Below, in pieces: positions 1 through 13,024 of a DNA stretch of 64,000 nucleotides; position 1 is the first letter of the stretch, and every line of letters starts with the position of its first letter. Below the pieces are notes generated by a model. It saw only the letters and a list, made by a program, of their open reading frames with translations. It had not been told where the DNA came from and searched no databases. The stretch is from Octopus vulgaris (Eukaryota): positions 58,962,001 to 59,026,000 of the forward strand of contig OX597823.1 of NCBI GenBank assembly GCA_951406725.2, in the 5' to 3' direction. The position numbers and the translations under genes were made by a program.

Positions 1-90
1 ACCTTAAGTATGTGTCTTCTAATATGCCCACGGGCTGGTCGAAACTTTCTGAGTAGATTTGATAGATTGTTAGACGGAAACGGCTTAACA

Positions 91-254
91 AGCGCAGGCG
101 TGACTGTGTGGCAAGAAGCTTGCTTCTTAACCACATGGTTCCGGGTTCAGTCCCACTTCGTGTCACCTTGGGCTAGTGTCTTTAACTATAGCTTCGGGCC
201 GACCAAAAGCCTTGTGACTTGATTTGGCCGACGAAAACTGAAAAGTGGCCCGTC

Positions 255-257
<3 letters not shown>
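91..257 (+). mobile_element. tRNA-derived SINE family A, 5' half (3' half resumes at ~1520-1740)
   Basis: Head agcgcaggcgtgactgtgtggcaag...ggttccgggttcagtccc matches the complete copies at 23392 and 14053. It ends at gcccgtcg+(TA)n, where the internal microsatellite lies in complete copies. Confidence 0.85.
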
Positions 258-300
<43 letters not shown>

Positions 301-386
301 TATTATTATTATTGTTATTATTATTATTATTATTATTACTATTATTATTATTATTATTACTATTATTATTAATAATAATAATAGTA

Positions 387-439
<53 letters not shown>

Positions 440-449
<10 letters not shown>

Positions 450-1489
450 GCGAAAGCGAATGTCAGTGTTCAATTTTACTCCTCCGACCCCCTCTCTCAC
501 TATTCGATCATACTTCTACTATTCCTCTCTCCCTATTCAATGACACTTCTAACTGTTTCAAGTAATTTAACCATAACACTACTCATTCAAAAGTCTTTTT
601 CTTAATCCTAACATTTTGAAAAAAATATTTCTTTAAATATAATAACTATTTCCAAAAGTAATTTCTAAAATAAACATTTTGATAAGATTTTTCTCTAGAT
701 ATTATAACTGTATCATGTAATTTAACTCTTACACGTGCTTCATAACCTTTGGAACTGATATACATATTTAACTCGCTCTCTCATACAATATTACCGTATT
801 ACCTCTCATGCCTCTCTACCAGAAAAATGTTGGAAACTTAGTATTTTTTCAGATATAAATATAATCTGTCGGACCTATTTTCATGCAGTCAGCTGTCGGA
901 GCTATGGAAACTGAGCGCATTCCGACTGCATGAAAATAGATTCCACTAATTTTATCATTACCTTAAAAAATACTAAAAAATACTAAATTTCAAGCATTTT
1001 TCACGCTCAAATCGGTTTAAAGCAATTCCAAGGCATAAAAAATTGCACTTTAAGATAGTGTTTAGCGACAGTTGTAAAATTTGCCTTCAAATTACGAACA
1101 AGAGTTTAGATACGTACCAGCTACTACAAATAATAGTTTGTACGAAAAGTAACTCCCTACGTATATCAAATTGTCTTTAAATTAAGTGGTGGCAGAAGAA
1201 TTATCGTTGAACTTTTTAAAGGTAAGTTTGTCGTTGCCTACGACCAGCTATATGCTGGTTGTTCAAGTGTTCAAGCTATGTGTACTGAGCCTGAATGGGA
1301 AGACAAAAAATGATGTTTATTATGCAGCTTTGCAAGTTCCAAGTCGACAAATTATATCATTGTTTTGATGAAACTTGTTCATTGTTTGAAAAATATTGTT
1401 CAAGTTTAAAAAAATTAAATATGTACTCAATGCATGAAGTATCATTGTTGGGCCCAGAGGAGATAGCTATCGGGCGGCTTTTAAGCTAG
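440..1489 (+). mobile_element. Non-autonomous Helitron-like element inserted in the microsatellite of a SINE A
   Basis: The 3' end has a hairpin (gccc 1452-1455 / gggc 1472-1475 around gatagctatc) followed by CTAG (1486-1489) then T. The 5' start aataaatgcgaaag is approximate. It separates the two halves of one SINE A. Confidence 0.5.
822..1002. repeat. Imperfect long palindrome / fold-back
   Basis: gaaaaatgttggaaacttagtattttt vs aaaaatactaaatttcaagcatttttc; inner ctattttcatgcagtc vs gactgcatgaaaatag. Confidence 0.75.
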
Positions 1490-1519
1490 TATATGTGTGT
1501 GTGTGTGTGTGTATGTACG

Positions 1520-1740
1520 TGTGTATTTATGTGTGCTTGTGTCTGTGTTTGTCCTCCCCGACCATCGCTTCACAACCGTCGTTCTTGTGTTCCACATCTT
1601 AGCGGTTCATCAAAAGAGACTGAAAGAATAAGTACCAGTCTTACAAAAAGTAAGACCTGGGGTCGATTGCTTCAATTAAAAGGTGGTGCTCCAGCATGAC
1701 CCCAATCAAATGACCGAAACATGTTAAAGAATAAAAGAAT
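1520..1740 (+). mobile_element. SINE family A, 3' half
   Basis: gtctgtgtttgtcc...cttagcggttc...ggggtcgatt...ggtgctccagcatg...gaccgaaac...aaagaat, matching other copies. Confidence 0.85.
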
Positions 1741-1798
1741 ATGTATATACAGGGTGGGTAAGATATTTGAGGACAAATTTATGTTTATAGAAAAAAAA

Positions 1799-1835
<37 letters not shown>

Positions 1836-1836
<1 letters not shown>

Positions 1837-2562
1837 TAGCATTAAAGACCCGTCGTTGCCGGGTCATAGTGCTAGTGCATGTATATATGTGTATATATAT
1901 GTGTACATATTACATGTACATCTATATATATACATCTACACATAAAATGCAAAATACAAAGGTATATCTTGATATCGCTAGTGATAACAATACTCAAAAT
2001 ATTTAACAGACTGGAATTGTTAGCTCTTCTTTTTTCTCTACATAGTATACTTTATGGACGATAGTCTTTTCTTTAATTTAATTCTTTTATTATCCATCTG
2101 GACTATTCCATTTCTGCGCGCTAATTATATTTTTAATTTATTCTCATTCATGTGAAATTACTTATTCAAGTTCAAATCATTGATGCAATTTTATACCAAT
2201 TGCTATTTTTTCTTTTATATGTTACGATTATATTATACTTTAGTATGATTTTAATTATTACTTACTACATATCATTCAATTTTTATTATTATTTTTATTG
2301 CTAAAGTGAAAGCATCTGACATAAAATAGAGATATATTTTTGTTTCACTTTTAACACGTAATACTGAAATAGTGGAGAAAATATGATATTGCTATGGGCT
2401 CGCTCTAGGCAAGAAGTTGAACATTTTTTTTGCCCATGAAACTACATGGACACTAAGTAAGGCATGTGTAAAATTTGAATGAAATTGGTTGTGTAGTTCT
2501 CAAGTTTTAGGGAAACACACAGACAGACAGACAGACACACATTCTCAGTTTTATATATATAA
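1836..2562 (-). mobile_element. Non-autonomous Helitron/HINE-like element
   Basis: The minus-strand 3' end reads GACCCG-gcaacga-CGGGTC hairpin, 7 nt, CTAG, then TA. The other end has (CAGA)n and ttttatatatata, typical of Lep1/DINE-like Helitron derivatives. Confidence 0.65.
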
Positions 2563-2644
2563 AGTGCATTGATTTTCGCTGTCCCAACCCTTCTTGTGTC
2601 ACTGATTTTATAGCTGATTGCTTCCTGACAACAAGGCTTCTTGT

Positions 2645-3020
2645 TCAGCTGCAGTGCATAGAAACTTGGGCGTCTTCTATTACAGCTCCGGAGTCAAACA
2701 AAGCCTAGTGAGTGGATTTGAGAGACAGAAACTGAAAGAAGCCCGTTATACACACACGCACACTCACATATACACACAAACATACACACACGTATGAATG
2801 TCTGTATGTGTGTATGTCTATCTATCGTTTTTTTTCTCACCACCACTTGACAACCAGTGCTGTTTTGTTCATGTCCCGTAACTTACCGGTACAAAAAAAA
2901 AAATGAAATTTAAGGAACAGATAAGATACGTAGAAGAATTTTGAAAAATAAGTGCTAAGGTTGATTTGTTCGACTAACTCCTTCAAGTGGTGGCCGCAGT
3001 CCAATGACTGAGACAAATAA
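2645..3020 (+). mobile_element. SINE family A, diverged copy
   Basis: gtgagtggatttg...gaaactgaaagaagcccgt, internal (CA)n, 3' part ggccgcagtccaatgactgagac. Confidence 0.75.
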
Positions 3021-3929
3021 TGAATATATTATTAACAATCAAATATTACGAAATATAAAAATATGAAGAAAATATATTCACCAGTTATTTATCATAATAC
3101 AAATTTTTAAAGAATTAAATTCAATATTTGAAAATGTCTAGTAGATATCGTTTTGGATTGGCTGCAGACTGGGGGTTCCAACCAGATATGATCAGACAAA
3201 TAAACAATAAATTAAATGCGGAAAGGAATTATAAGAAAACTCATATTTACTCAGAGACAGTATACGTTGTAAATATATTTGCATAAATAACTCGTAGTCA
3301 TAAAATAAAACTAATGGCAAAAAACAAAGATCTGATGAAATATATATATCTTCAAACACACACACGCACACACACACACATGCATTTATACTTACAATCA
3401 CGCATATACGCACATATTTCTCTAATTTTATTATTGTTTTTTTTTCTTTGGGCATATATATAGCACATTCCCTAGTTACCATTTACCATTTCCCCTGTCC
3501 AAAAGACGCGTTAGATTTACAATAAATGTAAAGGACAGTGAATTTTTCACGTGCACAAACACCAAAGCTAATACGGACTCACTCAAATACATAATGCACC
3601 CACGTTGACACATAGACACAGTGACCTTCCCTTTTCACATAAATACACATACAAATGAATAAATCATATTCATATTTGGCTTTTTTGTTTTTTTTATTTC
3701 CAATGAAGTAAGCTAGAACAGACAACAGAAAAATGCATCATATAGAGTATTTACAAGCAAAATATTGCAATAATACGATTTATAATCTGTATATGATACA
3801 AATACAAAACAAAGAAAGCAACATACTCATATCGGGAAAAAAAATGAAGTTATATTTTTTGTCTACACTCTATCGTCGTCATTCAAAAAACTTATTGTCT
3901 TATACATATATATATATATATATACATAC

Positions 3930-4017
<88 letters not shown>

Positions 4018-4053
4018 ATATATGCATATAGCTACGCATATATATATATATAT

Positions 4054-4097
<44 letters not shown>

Positions 4098-4955
4098 ATA
4101 TATGCATATAGCTACGCATATATATTTATTTATATATATGTACATATATATGTATATACATACATATATATATGTATACATATATGATATATACATACAT
4201 AAATTTGTATATATATATATATATACATATATATGTGTATATTTAAATATATAATATGCACACATATATACAAATATCATATAGATTTTATATTATGTGT
4301 CACCATACATATTCACGCGCACACGTATATGAATTTATTTGCACGCTGAATGTATAAGTTTTATATATTAAGTAAAGATCATGATGAGAGACGAAGACGT
4401 TACGATGTAATGACCAACATCTTGTAGAAAATATATCGTACATCGTACATTGTCTTGCATCTATGTGTAAAACAGATAAAGCAATAAAAATGGAGGATGA
4501 AAGAGGTGAAAAAACAAATAAAATAGCGCAAGATGTCCAAAACAGAGGGGCGTAAATAATCCTTAAATAATAGGTGAATGAAGAAAGAAAAATAGCAATA
4601 ACAATAGTAATAACTGCAAAAATTATATATAATAACTGCGAATGTATATAGTAAAGACAAAAAGAAAAGCTTATTGATACACATACGTGCATATACACAA
4701 CACCTTTCTCTCTGGAGAAAAAAATAGAAAAATAAACAAAGAAACTAGCAAGAAAACAAAACACGAAGACATTTAATCAAAAAAGAAAGGAGAATAACAC
4801 AAGAAACAATAAAAATATTATTAATAAAAAGTATTTAAAACTGACCGAAAAAATTTATATTGACCATAAATAAGAAAAGAATAAGCAGAAAGAAAAGTAC
4901 AATAAACAAAAAAAAATTTCCTTCCTCCCCCGCTCATCTCTCTCGCTCTATATAG

Positions 4956-5086
4956 AAAAAAATTCCTTCTCACCATTCCACACCGGCGAGAAAGAAAAGA
5001 AACCCCGAAACAACCGTGAACGTATCATTCGTAACATGGACAAGACCCAATTGCCTTTCCTCAGACGACATCAATCACTTGTCTGA
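4956..5086 (+). CDS. Putative alternative terminal exon (phase 1): xKNSFSPFHTGEKEKKPRNNRERIIRNMDKTQLPFLRRHQSLV*
   Basis: Long polypyrimidine tract plus tatag acceptor; open non-repetitive frame ending in S-L-V* (class I PDZ-ligand-like); no homology recognised. Confidence 0.35.
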
Positions 5087-5127
5087 CCTTGCTTTTTAGA
5101 CTTTTCATACATTTCTTTTATAGTTTT

Positions 5128-5204
<77 letters not shown>

Positions 5205-5569
5205 ATAATTTTTCCTCTCCATCTTTTGTTTGTTTTGTAATTTATTTATATTTTTTGGGTCATTTTTCACCTTTTTATCCGATTCTCTCATATATGTGTA
5301 CAGTACACATGCGTACATGTATGTATTTATGTATGTTTCTATTTATGTGCGTATAGGCATATGTATAGATGTGTGTCTGTGTTACATGTATATATGTGTG
5401 TGTGTGTGTTTATATATGAATGTGTGTACGTATATATGCTTTTTTTCTTTCTTTACTTTAGCTTATATTGCGTTACTTTCCGTTTTTCTCACTCTCTATC
5501 TGTCACCCCTCTTTTTTTCTTTCTATCTTTCACTCTTTGCTTCTCCTTCAATCCCCACCCCCACCCCAG

Positions 5570-5598
5570 ATACCAGTTGTCTGTCTTTCATGTGGTAA
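5570..5598 (+). CDS. Putative short alternative terminal exon (phase 1): xTSCLSFMW*
   Basis: Long pyrimidine tract plus ccccag acceptor; very short, so weak evidence. Confidence 0.2.
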
Positions 5599-5627
5599 AT
5601 AAAATAGTAACTGTTTTCTTATCACAG

Positions 5628-5643
5628 AAGAATTATTAGCAAG
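5628..5643 (+). CDS. Putative 16-nt microexon (phase 1 in, phase 2 out): xELLA(R)
   Basis: ttttcttatcacag acceptor and AG|gttaca donor; supplies the phase shift that links a phase-1 donor to the 5774 exon. Confidence 0.25.
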
Positions 5644-5773
5644 GTTACACACACACACAAGAAAACAAAACAAAAACAAAAAAAAAAAAACAAGAAAAAG
5701 AAAGCCGAAGTTAAAAAGAAAGATGAACAAAACAAAACAAAACAAATTTTTCTTTTCAATAATATTTCTTCAG

Positions 5774-5810
5774 ACAAAACTGTTCTTTCGATTATATTGC
5801 CATCAATCAG
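5774..5810 (+). CDS. Putative 37-nt internal exon: (R)QNCSFDYIAINQ
   Basis: atttcttcag acceptor and CAG|gtttgt donor; phase-0 end joins the 12944 exon in frame. Confidence 0.4.
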
Positions 5811-6194
5811 GTTTGTCATTTCCCTAACATTTTTTTTTTCTTATTTATTTATACCATTCTAACACTAACTCATCTCCGAAAAGAAAATTATCGTCACTCA
5901 CTCTATCACTTTCTCTCTCTCACTTACTCTCTCTCTCTCTCACTCTCTCAACTCCCTCTTTCTCTCTCCGTTTTCTTCTGTCTTGTACTCTTATACGCAT
6001 ACAATCACTCATTCATAACGCATACACGCACATATACATATTCGCAAACAACTATATAAATTAACACCGATATAAATTAATGTATATACCATGAATCTAC
6101 ACATACATATATATGCATATATATGTGTGTGTGCGTGTGTATGTACATATATATATATATATAGATAGATAGATACATAGGTATATATATATAA

Positions 6195-6248
<54 letters not shown>

Positions 6249-6524
6249 TTATTCAGGTGTGTACAATTATATTTATCACAGTCGTATACACTTGGACGTG
6301 AAAATAGCCTTCGCTGTGGAAAGTGTCCATGGTGAAAAATTTCCCTATACACATTATGTACGAAGTCCCCGCCCCCCTTCAGGACTATGAATGACATCAT
6401 CAAACCATACAACACTTCCATTTCTACGGAAATACGCTTCCTCAAATACGGACACTGAATTCGTCCTACAGAGCGCCCCTGAACAACCCTCCTTACATTA
6501 AAATATTTAAGAGGTATCGCTTCT

Positions 6525-6872
6525 TTTATCTTTTACTTGTTTGAGTCATTTGACTGCGCTCATGCTGGGGCACTGCCGTGAAGAATTTTTGGTCGAGTAT
6601 ATCGACCCCAGAACTTACTTTTTATTCTATCGGTTCTTTTGCCGAACCGTTATGTTTTGTGGACGTAAACAGACCAGAACCGGTTATCAAGCAGTAGAGG
6701 GGAGACGAACACAGACACAAAGACACTCACATACACACACACGCATCTATATATAGATGTCTTTGATCGGCCCGAGGCTATAGTAGAAGACACTTGCCCA
6801 AGGTACCATGCAGCAGGTCTGAACCCGGGACCATGTGGATCGGAAGCATGCTTCTTACCTCACAGCCATGCC
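6525..6872 (-). mobile_element. SINE family A
   Basis: Reverse complement of the head (cacagccatgcc, gaacccgggaccatgtgg) and of the 3' part (gagtcatttgactgcg...atcgaccccagaactta). Confidence 0.8.
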
Positions 6873-6879
6873 TTGCACA

Positions 6880-6990
6880 TGTGGTGAAGCAAACTTTTGC
6901 TGAACCCTAATTATAATTATACTCATAAATATAAGTTTACCGATAATCGTTCTTTTAACATACCGAACTACTTGGTAAAATTATTAATTA
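6880..6990 (+). repeat. Dispersed non-coding repeat, probable Penelope-like terminal (pLTR) fragment; also at 22914-22990 (-) and 44323-44510
   Basis: tgtggtgaagcaa...gctgaaccctaattataatt shared at three loci; accgataat...ataccgaa...tacttggtaaaa shared with the 44323 locus. Confidence 0.55.
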
Positions 6991-7137
6991 TTAATTAATT
7001 AATTTTACATTATATTATTATTATTATTATTATTATAATATATATATAATAACATATTAATAAATAAAATATATGCATACATGCATACATATATGTACAT
7101 ACCTACGTCTATATGTATATATACGTGCATATATGTG

Positions 7138-7365
7138 TACAGGACACAAAAAAAACGTAGAACACGAGAAACGAAAACATAAAAACGAAAACATGGAAAC
7201 GGACTATTTCAAACAACGAAAAAACAGAGTACAAGACATACAACACAAGGAACATTCCCCTTCTTCAGCTGCCCCTGCTTCGACTACTCCGTGTTTCGAA
7301 GGTAAGGGGAAGACACGTCTTCGTTGAAACAATCCTTCCCGCAATGCAAATTAAATAAAATTTGT
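7138..7365 (-). repeat. Dispersed repeat, probable Penelope-like terminal fragment; second copy 44151-44283
   Basis: acaggacac...cgtagaac...gagaaacgaaaac...cacaagga...ccccttc shared between the two loci. Confidence 0.55.
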
Positions 7366-7399
7366 GATACATACGTACATGCATATATACATTCTTTGA

Positions 7400-7636
7400 G
7401 CAAGACACTCTATTTCAAGTTGACCCAGTTCACTCAGCTGGCAAAAATAGTAGTACCTGTATTTCAAAGTGATAGTGGTGTCACATTCTCTGTCACGCAG
7501 AATCTCCATGAGAACTATGATAAGGGTACGCATGTCTGTGGAGTGTTCAGACACTAGAACGTTAATTTCATGAGCAGGCTCTCCTGTTGATCAGATCAAC
7601 AGGAAACTCCGTGGTCGTAACCGACGCTGTGCCAGT
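7400..7636 (+). mobile_element. Older, 5'-truncated relative of SINE family B
   Basis: gtacctgtatttcaaag...ctctgtcacgcagaat...gtctgtggagtg...gtcgtaaccgacg, similar to 7870-8055. Confidence 0.75.
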
Positions 7637-7676
7637 TATATACATATATATATATATACACCTACACTAACACACA

Positions 7677-8064
7677 CGTGGAGGCGCAATGGCCCAGTGG
7701 TTAGGGCAGCGGACTCGCAGTCATAGGATCGCGGTTTCGATTCCCAGACCGGGCGTTGTGAGTGTTTATTGAGCGAATACACCTAAAGCTCCACGAGGCT
7801 CCAGCAGGGATGGTGGTGATCCCTGCTGTACTCTTTCACCACAACTTTCTCTCACTCTTACTTCCTGTTTCTGTTGTGCCTGTATTTCAAAGGGCCGGCC
7901 TTGTCACTCTCTGTGTCACGCTGAATATCCCCGAGAACTACGTTAAGGGTACACGTGTCTGTGGAGTGCTCAGACACTTACATGTTAATTTCACGAGCAG
8001 GCTGTTCCGTTGATTCGGATCAACCGGAACCCTCGTCGTCGTAACCGACGGAGTGCTTCCATCC
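7677..8064 (+). mobile_element. Young full-length tRNA-derived SINE family B with 13-bp TSD
   Basis: A-box tggcccagtggttagg and B-box ggtttcgattccc; TSD acactaacacaca at 7664-7676 and 8065-8077; near-identical copy at 17858-18245. Confidence 0.92.
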
Positions 8065-8485
8065 ACACTAACACACAAAACTGTGGCCCACACCTGGCCC
8101 ACACACATACAAACACACTCACACACACACTTATACACACATACAAACAGAGAAGTAAAAACAAATACTTTCAATTTTTAATAATTCTTCTCTTCTTCAT
8201 TTTTATTAATAACTCAACCAGGCAAGTACTTCTCAAACACTGTGTTTATAAAATTTGCTGCAGTTTTGATAACCGACTCAAAAAGTAAACAATAACTGAA
8301 AAAGAAACAGAAGCGATAAAAATATTAAAATATTCTAAAATAATATTCACTCTAGAATGATGTCTGATATTTTTTATTTTCCCCGTGTTTTGTAAAAGAT
8401 TATCCGAGAAAGCATGCCGACTAAAAAATATGTAATACGTAAGTATAAGACTAGTGTATGAAGACAGTCAAAAGTTTTCTGCCCT

Positions 8486-8564
<79 letters not shown>

Positions 8565-8884
8565 AGCAATGCTTTAAGATTCGTTGTATTAGGGTGTGCA
8601 CTGTCGTGGGAGTTGTTTTAGAAAGTAATTATTCTCCCCTTGCCAAAAGAGTGTAATCTATACTTGTTCGGCTCGTTATCAAAATACTTCACTTGCGATT
8701 GTTCTCTCAGTAGACCTGTTCTGTAGATTTCTCATGTAGATAACAACAACAACAACAGCAGCAGCAGCAACAACAACAATAATAATATTAATGATAACAA
8801 TATTTTTATTGTTATAAAGATATAAGGAAAATATCAAAATACGATAGTGATTATAGAATGTTTTTGAGCGTATATTTACACACA

Positions 8885-8949
<65 letters not shown>

Positions 8950-9603
8950 TACATAAATATATGCATGTATATATATGTATGTATATGTGTTTGCCTAGCT
9001 AGTCATCAATATATGTATATATATATATCCACTACATATATAACATGTATTTATGTATGTACTTACATACACACAGAAATACACACACACATCATACATA
9101 TACCTTTATATGTGTGTGTGTGTATTGAAATCTTTAAATTGTAGCGCATATTGTTCAAATGTAATATATTTCTTTCATTCAAATTTTTGCCTAAGTGTTG
9201 TTTTATTGTCGGCATTTGAAATATTGAAATGTCTCAAACTTATATATATTGCCTTGATATATTCAAAACCCTGACCTTATTCTCAAGATGATATATGTTA
9301 ACAGTCCAATCCTATGCTAGTGTTTATTGACATTAACCAAATAGATATATACATATAAGAGAATGTTTATTATTTAACGAATTCCATTTTGAATATGACG
9401 AACTTCTCAAGCTTTATGATTGTAAACTGAAGAGTTTTTTTTTTATTAAATGCTTTTCACTATATTATGTCTTGTAGTTTCACGAGTAGCTTCTACGCTG
9501 ATATATAACGATGTAAGTTAGACATCATTGTCAATGTTGCTGTAGTCACGTGTTTGTGAATGCACACAGACACACAAACATGTATTTGTATATGTATATA
9601 TGC

Positions 9604-9642
<39 letters not shown>

Positions 9643-9856
9643 TATATACACATTTATACACATATGCACATATATATGTATGTATATATATATATATATG
9701 TATATATATACATATATATATATGCATGTGTGTATGTATATGTATATATGCGATGTGTATGTACGTATGTGCATATTTGTATATGTGTATATATATGTAT
9801 CTGCATTAACACTTTTATAGAATTGTAGCTTAAATATTCTTGCCTCTATATCTATG

Positions 9857-9944
<88 letters not shown>

Positions 9945-10261
9945 TATATTTGTATAGGAACATATATATCTGTATGCGTTTGAGCGTGTACAGGTGTCTA
10001 TGGATGGGATTTAGAGTGAGCATATATATATATATATATATATGATATCGAAAGTTTACAATCTCTGAGTTTTGCCCCACCTCCCACCCTGTTGAGCAAA
10101 ACACTGATAAGATTGTTAACTTTTGATTCGATTAAGGTATATATATATGCAACCCAACTCTCAGACAATGCTGTCAGAAATCCTCAGCGGGTCATTAACA
10201 CTAAAAACAAGGGAACACTTACCTTGGATGAACAGCAGTTATATCATTGGGAAACATTGAA

Positions 10262-10262
10262 T

Positions 10263-10329
<67 letters not shown>

Positions 10330-10368
10330 GTAATAATAATAATAATAATGATAATAATAATAATAATA

Positions 10369-10405
<37 letters not shown>

Positions 10406-10473
10406 TAATGATAATAATAATAATAATAATAATAACAATAATAATAATCATAATAATAATAGTAGTAGTAGTA

Positions 10474-10524
<51 letters not shown>

Positions 10525-10547
10525 TAGTAGTAGTAGCAGTAGTAGTA

Positions 10548-10580
<33 letters not shown>
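10262..10580. repeat. (AAT)n/(AGT)n microsatellite array
   Basis: Seen directly; flanks a Dong-type LINE fragment. Confidence 0.95.
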
Positions 10581-10581
<1 letters not shown>

Positions 10582-11013
10582 GTCGATATAAACGTATCTG
10601 TCAAGACCTACCAAAAACTGAGCAAATATAAAGATCTTGAAATAGAAATCAGCAAAATGTGGAACCTGAAGACTAAAACAATACCTGTTGTCATAGATGC
10701 CCTGGGAATGATAGCAAAAGGGGCTGATCGCTACCTAACTCAGATACCAGGAAACCCCAAAATGACAGAAATTCAAAAGACAGTGCTCATGGGAACTGCT
10801 CATATCCTGCGCAAAATACTTTCTACGTAATCTCAAGTTTTAAAACAAACATACTTTTTTTTTCTTGACATTCACTAGTACAACACTAAATACCAAACCA
10901 AATATATGGCACACAAGGCATAACAACATCACGAACTTCCAACCTGTTGTCTCTTGAGGTCTCTGGGTGAGACTTGGAGCCAACTTCTACAAATATAAAA
11001 CAAAAGTCAAACA

Positions 11014-11014
<1 letters not shown>
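10581..11014 (+). mobile_element. 5'-truncated R4/Dong-type non-LTR retrotransposon (second subfamily) within (AAT)n
   Basis: 10582-10830 translates VDINVSVKTYQKLSKYKDLEIEISKMWNLKTKTIPVVIDALGMI...IQKTVLMGTAHILRKILST*, homologous to the C-terminus of the 40748 ORF; (AAT)n on both sides. Confidence 0.9.
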
Positions 11015-11085
<71 letters not shown>

Positions 11086-11597
11086 CTAGCTGAGAAATGG
11101 AATAGGATGTAGTTTAAGTACCTACGCGTGTAGGTTATGGAATTAGCACCGACAGAGTGCCACATCATAAACAGTTATCCAAAACTATCTACCTAGGGGC
11201 ATCAATAGTAGCCAAAACATAATAATCCAATGCAATTCGTAAAATGCATAGTTTTCAAGATTGGTTTCAAATTTTGGCACGAAGCCAGCAATTTCGGGGA
11301 TGGGGCTAAGTCGATTATATCAACCTCAGTGCTCAACTGGTATTAATTTTATCGATCCCGAAAGGATGAAACGCAAAGCCGACCTTGGCTTGAAGATTAA
11401 TGCATATGGTCGGAGATTAATCCATATAATGTTAAAATCCTTTTAAAGATAATTTTTTCCGTGTTAAATATAGATGATAGTGGAATCTCGTCAAAGCCTC
11501 TGAAGAATGTAAACACAATAGGGAAACCTAGTAATTTGATACAAGGGGGAGAAAATAAACACAATAATAGAAATTACTTGACTAGCGAATGGTAATA

Positions 11598-11813
11598 CGA
11601 TCCTTTTTACTGTAGGCACAAGGCCTGAATTTTGAGGAAGGGAGCCAGTCGATTACATCGACCCCAGTATGCAACTGATACTTAATTTATCGACCCCGAA
11701 AAGACGAAAGCAAAGTCGATCTCTGTGGAATTTGGACTCAGAACATAAAGACAGACGAAATACCGCTAAGCATTACGCCCGGTGTGCTAACGATTCTGCC
11801 AGCTCGCCGCCTT
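11598..11813 (-). mobile_element. SINE family D with 13-bp TSD
   Basis: Head aaggcggcgagctggcagaatcgttagca on the minus strand; TSD gcgaatggtaata at 11585-11597 and 11814-11826. Confidence 0.88.
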
Positions 11814-12460
11814 GCGAATGGTAATATAATGTGAAAGCGGAAAGATAAACAACTATGGTAAACTAATGAAAAGATGTCTGCTGGTATTACACTCAAATTA
11901 TACACACACACACACATATATATATACTTTATTAAAAAGCAGCAAGTTAGTTGTTACAGCTTGTTTAAGCACTGGCCAAGAGATTTTGTGCGCCTGTGTA
12001 TGTATGCATGCATACATATACATGCATTTGTATATTTATGTCTTGCCTATATATGACTGTATATATATGTAGCCATGTACCTGCGTCTGTATATTTAGTG
12101 TATATACGTATATTATAGATTGTTTGTTATGTGGATATATCGCTAAATGCATTTGTGAACTAGCGTGAAAATTTTTTTTAAACGGATATATCTTTTAATT
12201 TATTAATTTATTGATATTTTACAGCTAATTATTTACTCTGGTATTCAGGCCTTTTTCCTTCTTTATAAGCTATTTTTGTTTTAAGGTTTTCTCCGATTTT
12301 TATAATAATATGAATTTAAACCGCAATTTGTTATTTCATGCAACTGGTTATTGAAAAGACCGTTAGTTGAAAGGACCAATGAAACGAAACTATTTTCAAA
12401 TCTGCATCTATCTAAGTAATTGTATTTCTGCATATAACTTTATCTTACTCCATTCTATAC

Positions 12461-12506
12461 AAAACCGCCCGACGAACGGGAACATGAAACACTGAGTAAC
12501 AGTTTT
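12461..12506 (+). ncRNA. Degenerate minimal type I hammerhead-like motif
   Basis: aaaaccgc-CCGACGA-acg/ggaa/cat-GAAAC-actga-GTA-acagtttt; one core change and several stem mismatches. Confidence 0.4.
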
Positions 12507-12943
12507 TGAGATATTTTTGCTGCTTTTTAATAAAGCATATTACTCTACAACCGGTATTCGAGTGCTCTTATTTTCAATCTCTTTTCGCATTAATGTGCTT
12601 ACTCTAGTATATATATATATATATAAGCATTTGTTTACATGCGCACCCATACGAACATAATACATAATTGCACGAACTACATAAAGGATCATCCATACAT
12701 ACTCATACACCTCATAGAGTAGGCACTTTCTACACAGCCTACATAATTTTAATAGAGACACATACTCGTTCACCTCGTGGGATAAACTCTCTAAACTCAA
12801 CTGCGTATACAAATGAATTCATAAAGAAAGACACAGTCATACAGGCATAAATACATACATACAAGCATACATACATACATACACGTGCTATACAACACTT
12901 GAATGTAGTAGTAATAGTAGTATTATATTCTATTCTAGCACAG

Positions 12944-13024
12944 GTTAAAAAAGTCATTCATTATGGTAAAGCTGTCGTGATAAATGAGCCACAAACCGAT
13001 GGCGTTGAAACACTCGCTGTCTAG
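12944..13024 (+). CDS. Putative terminal coding exon: VKKVIHYGKAVVINEPQTDGVETLAV*
   Basis: tattctattctagcacag acceptor; non-repetitive, protein-like frame ending in TAG; followed by ~800 bp of T-rich UTR-like sequence with no recognisable TE. Confidence 0.45.
   Translation, partial: VKKVIHYGKAVVINEPQTDGVETLAV

Noticed and set aside
1187-1221. Exon-like segment GGRRIIVELFK with a strong AG|gtaagt phase-1 donor
   Set aside because: It has a weak acceptor and sits inside a Helitron-like insertion nested in a SINE. It is phase-compatible with the downstream exons but unsupported.
3503-3610. Short open frame FTINVKDSEFFTCTNTKANTDSLKYIMHPR* after ttag
   Set aside because: Poor polypyrimidine tract, different phase from the other candidate terminal exons and no homology.
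7255-7315. Permuted (type II-like) hammerhead on the minus strand: ttcccctt...GAAAC...GTC...CTGAAGA-aggggaa
   Set aside because: Core words are present but no convincing stem I can be formed.
7679-7750. tRNA genes
   Set aside because: A/B-box heads continue into SINE bodies with TSDs; no complete cloverleaf was identified.
7762-8013. 83-aa ORF duplicated at 17909-18160
   Set aside because: It lies wholly inside SINE B; the similarity reflects repeat identity, not coding constraint.
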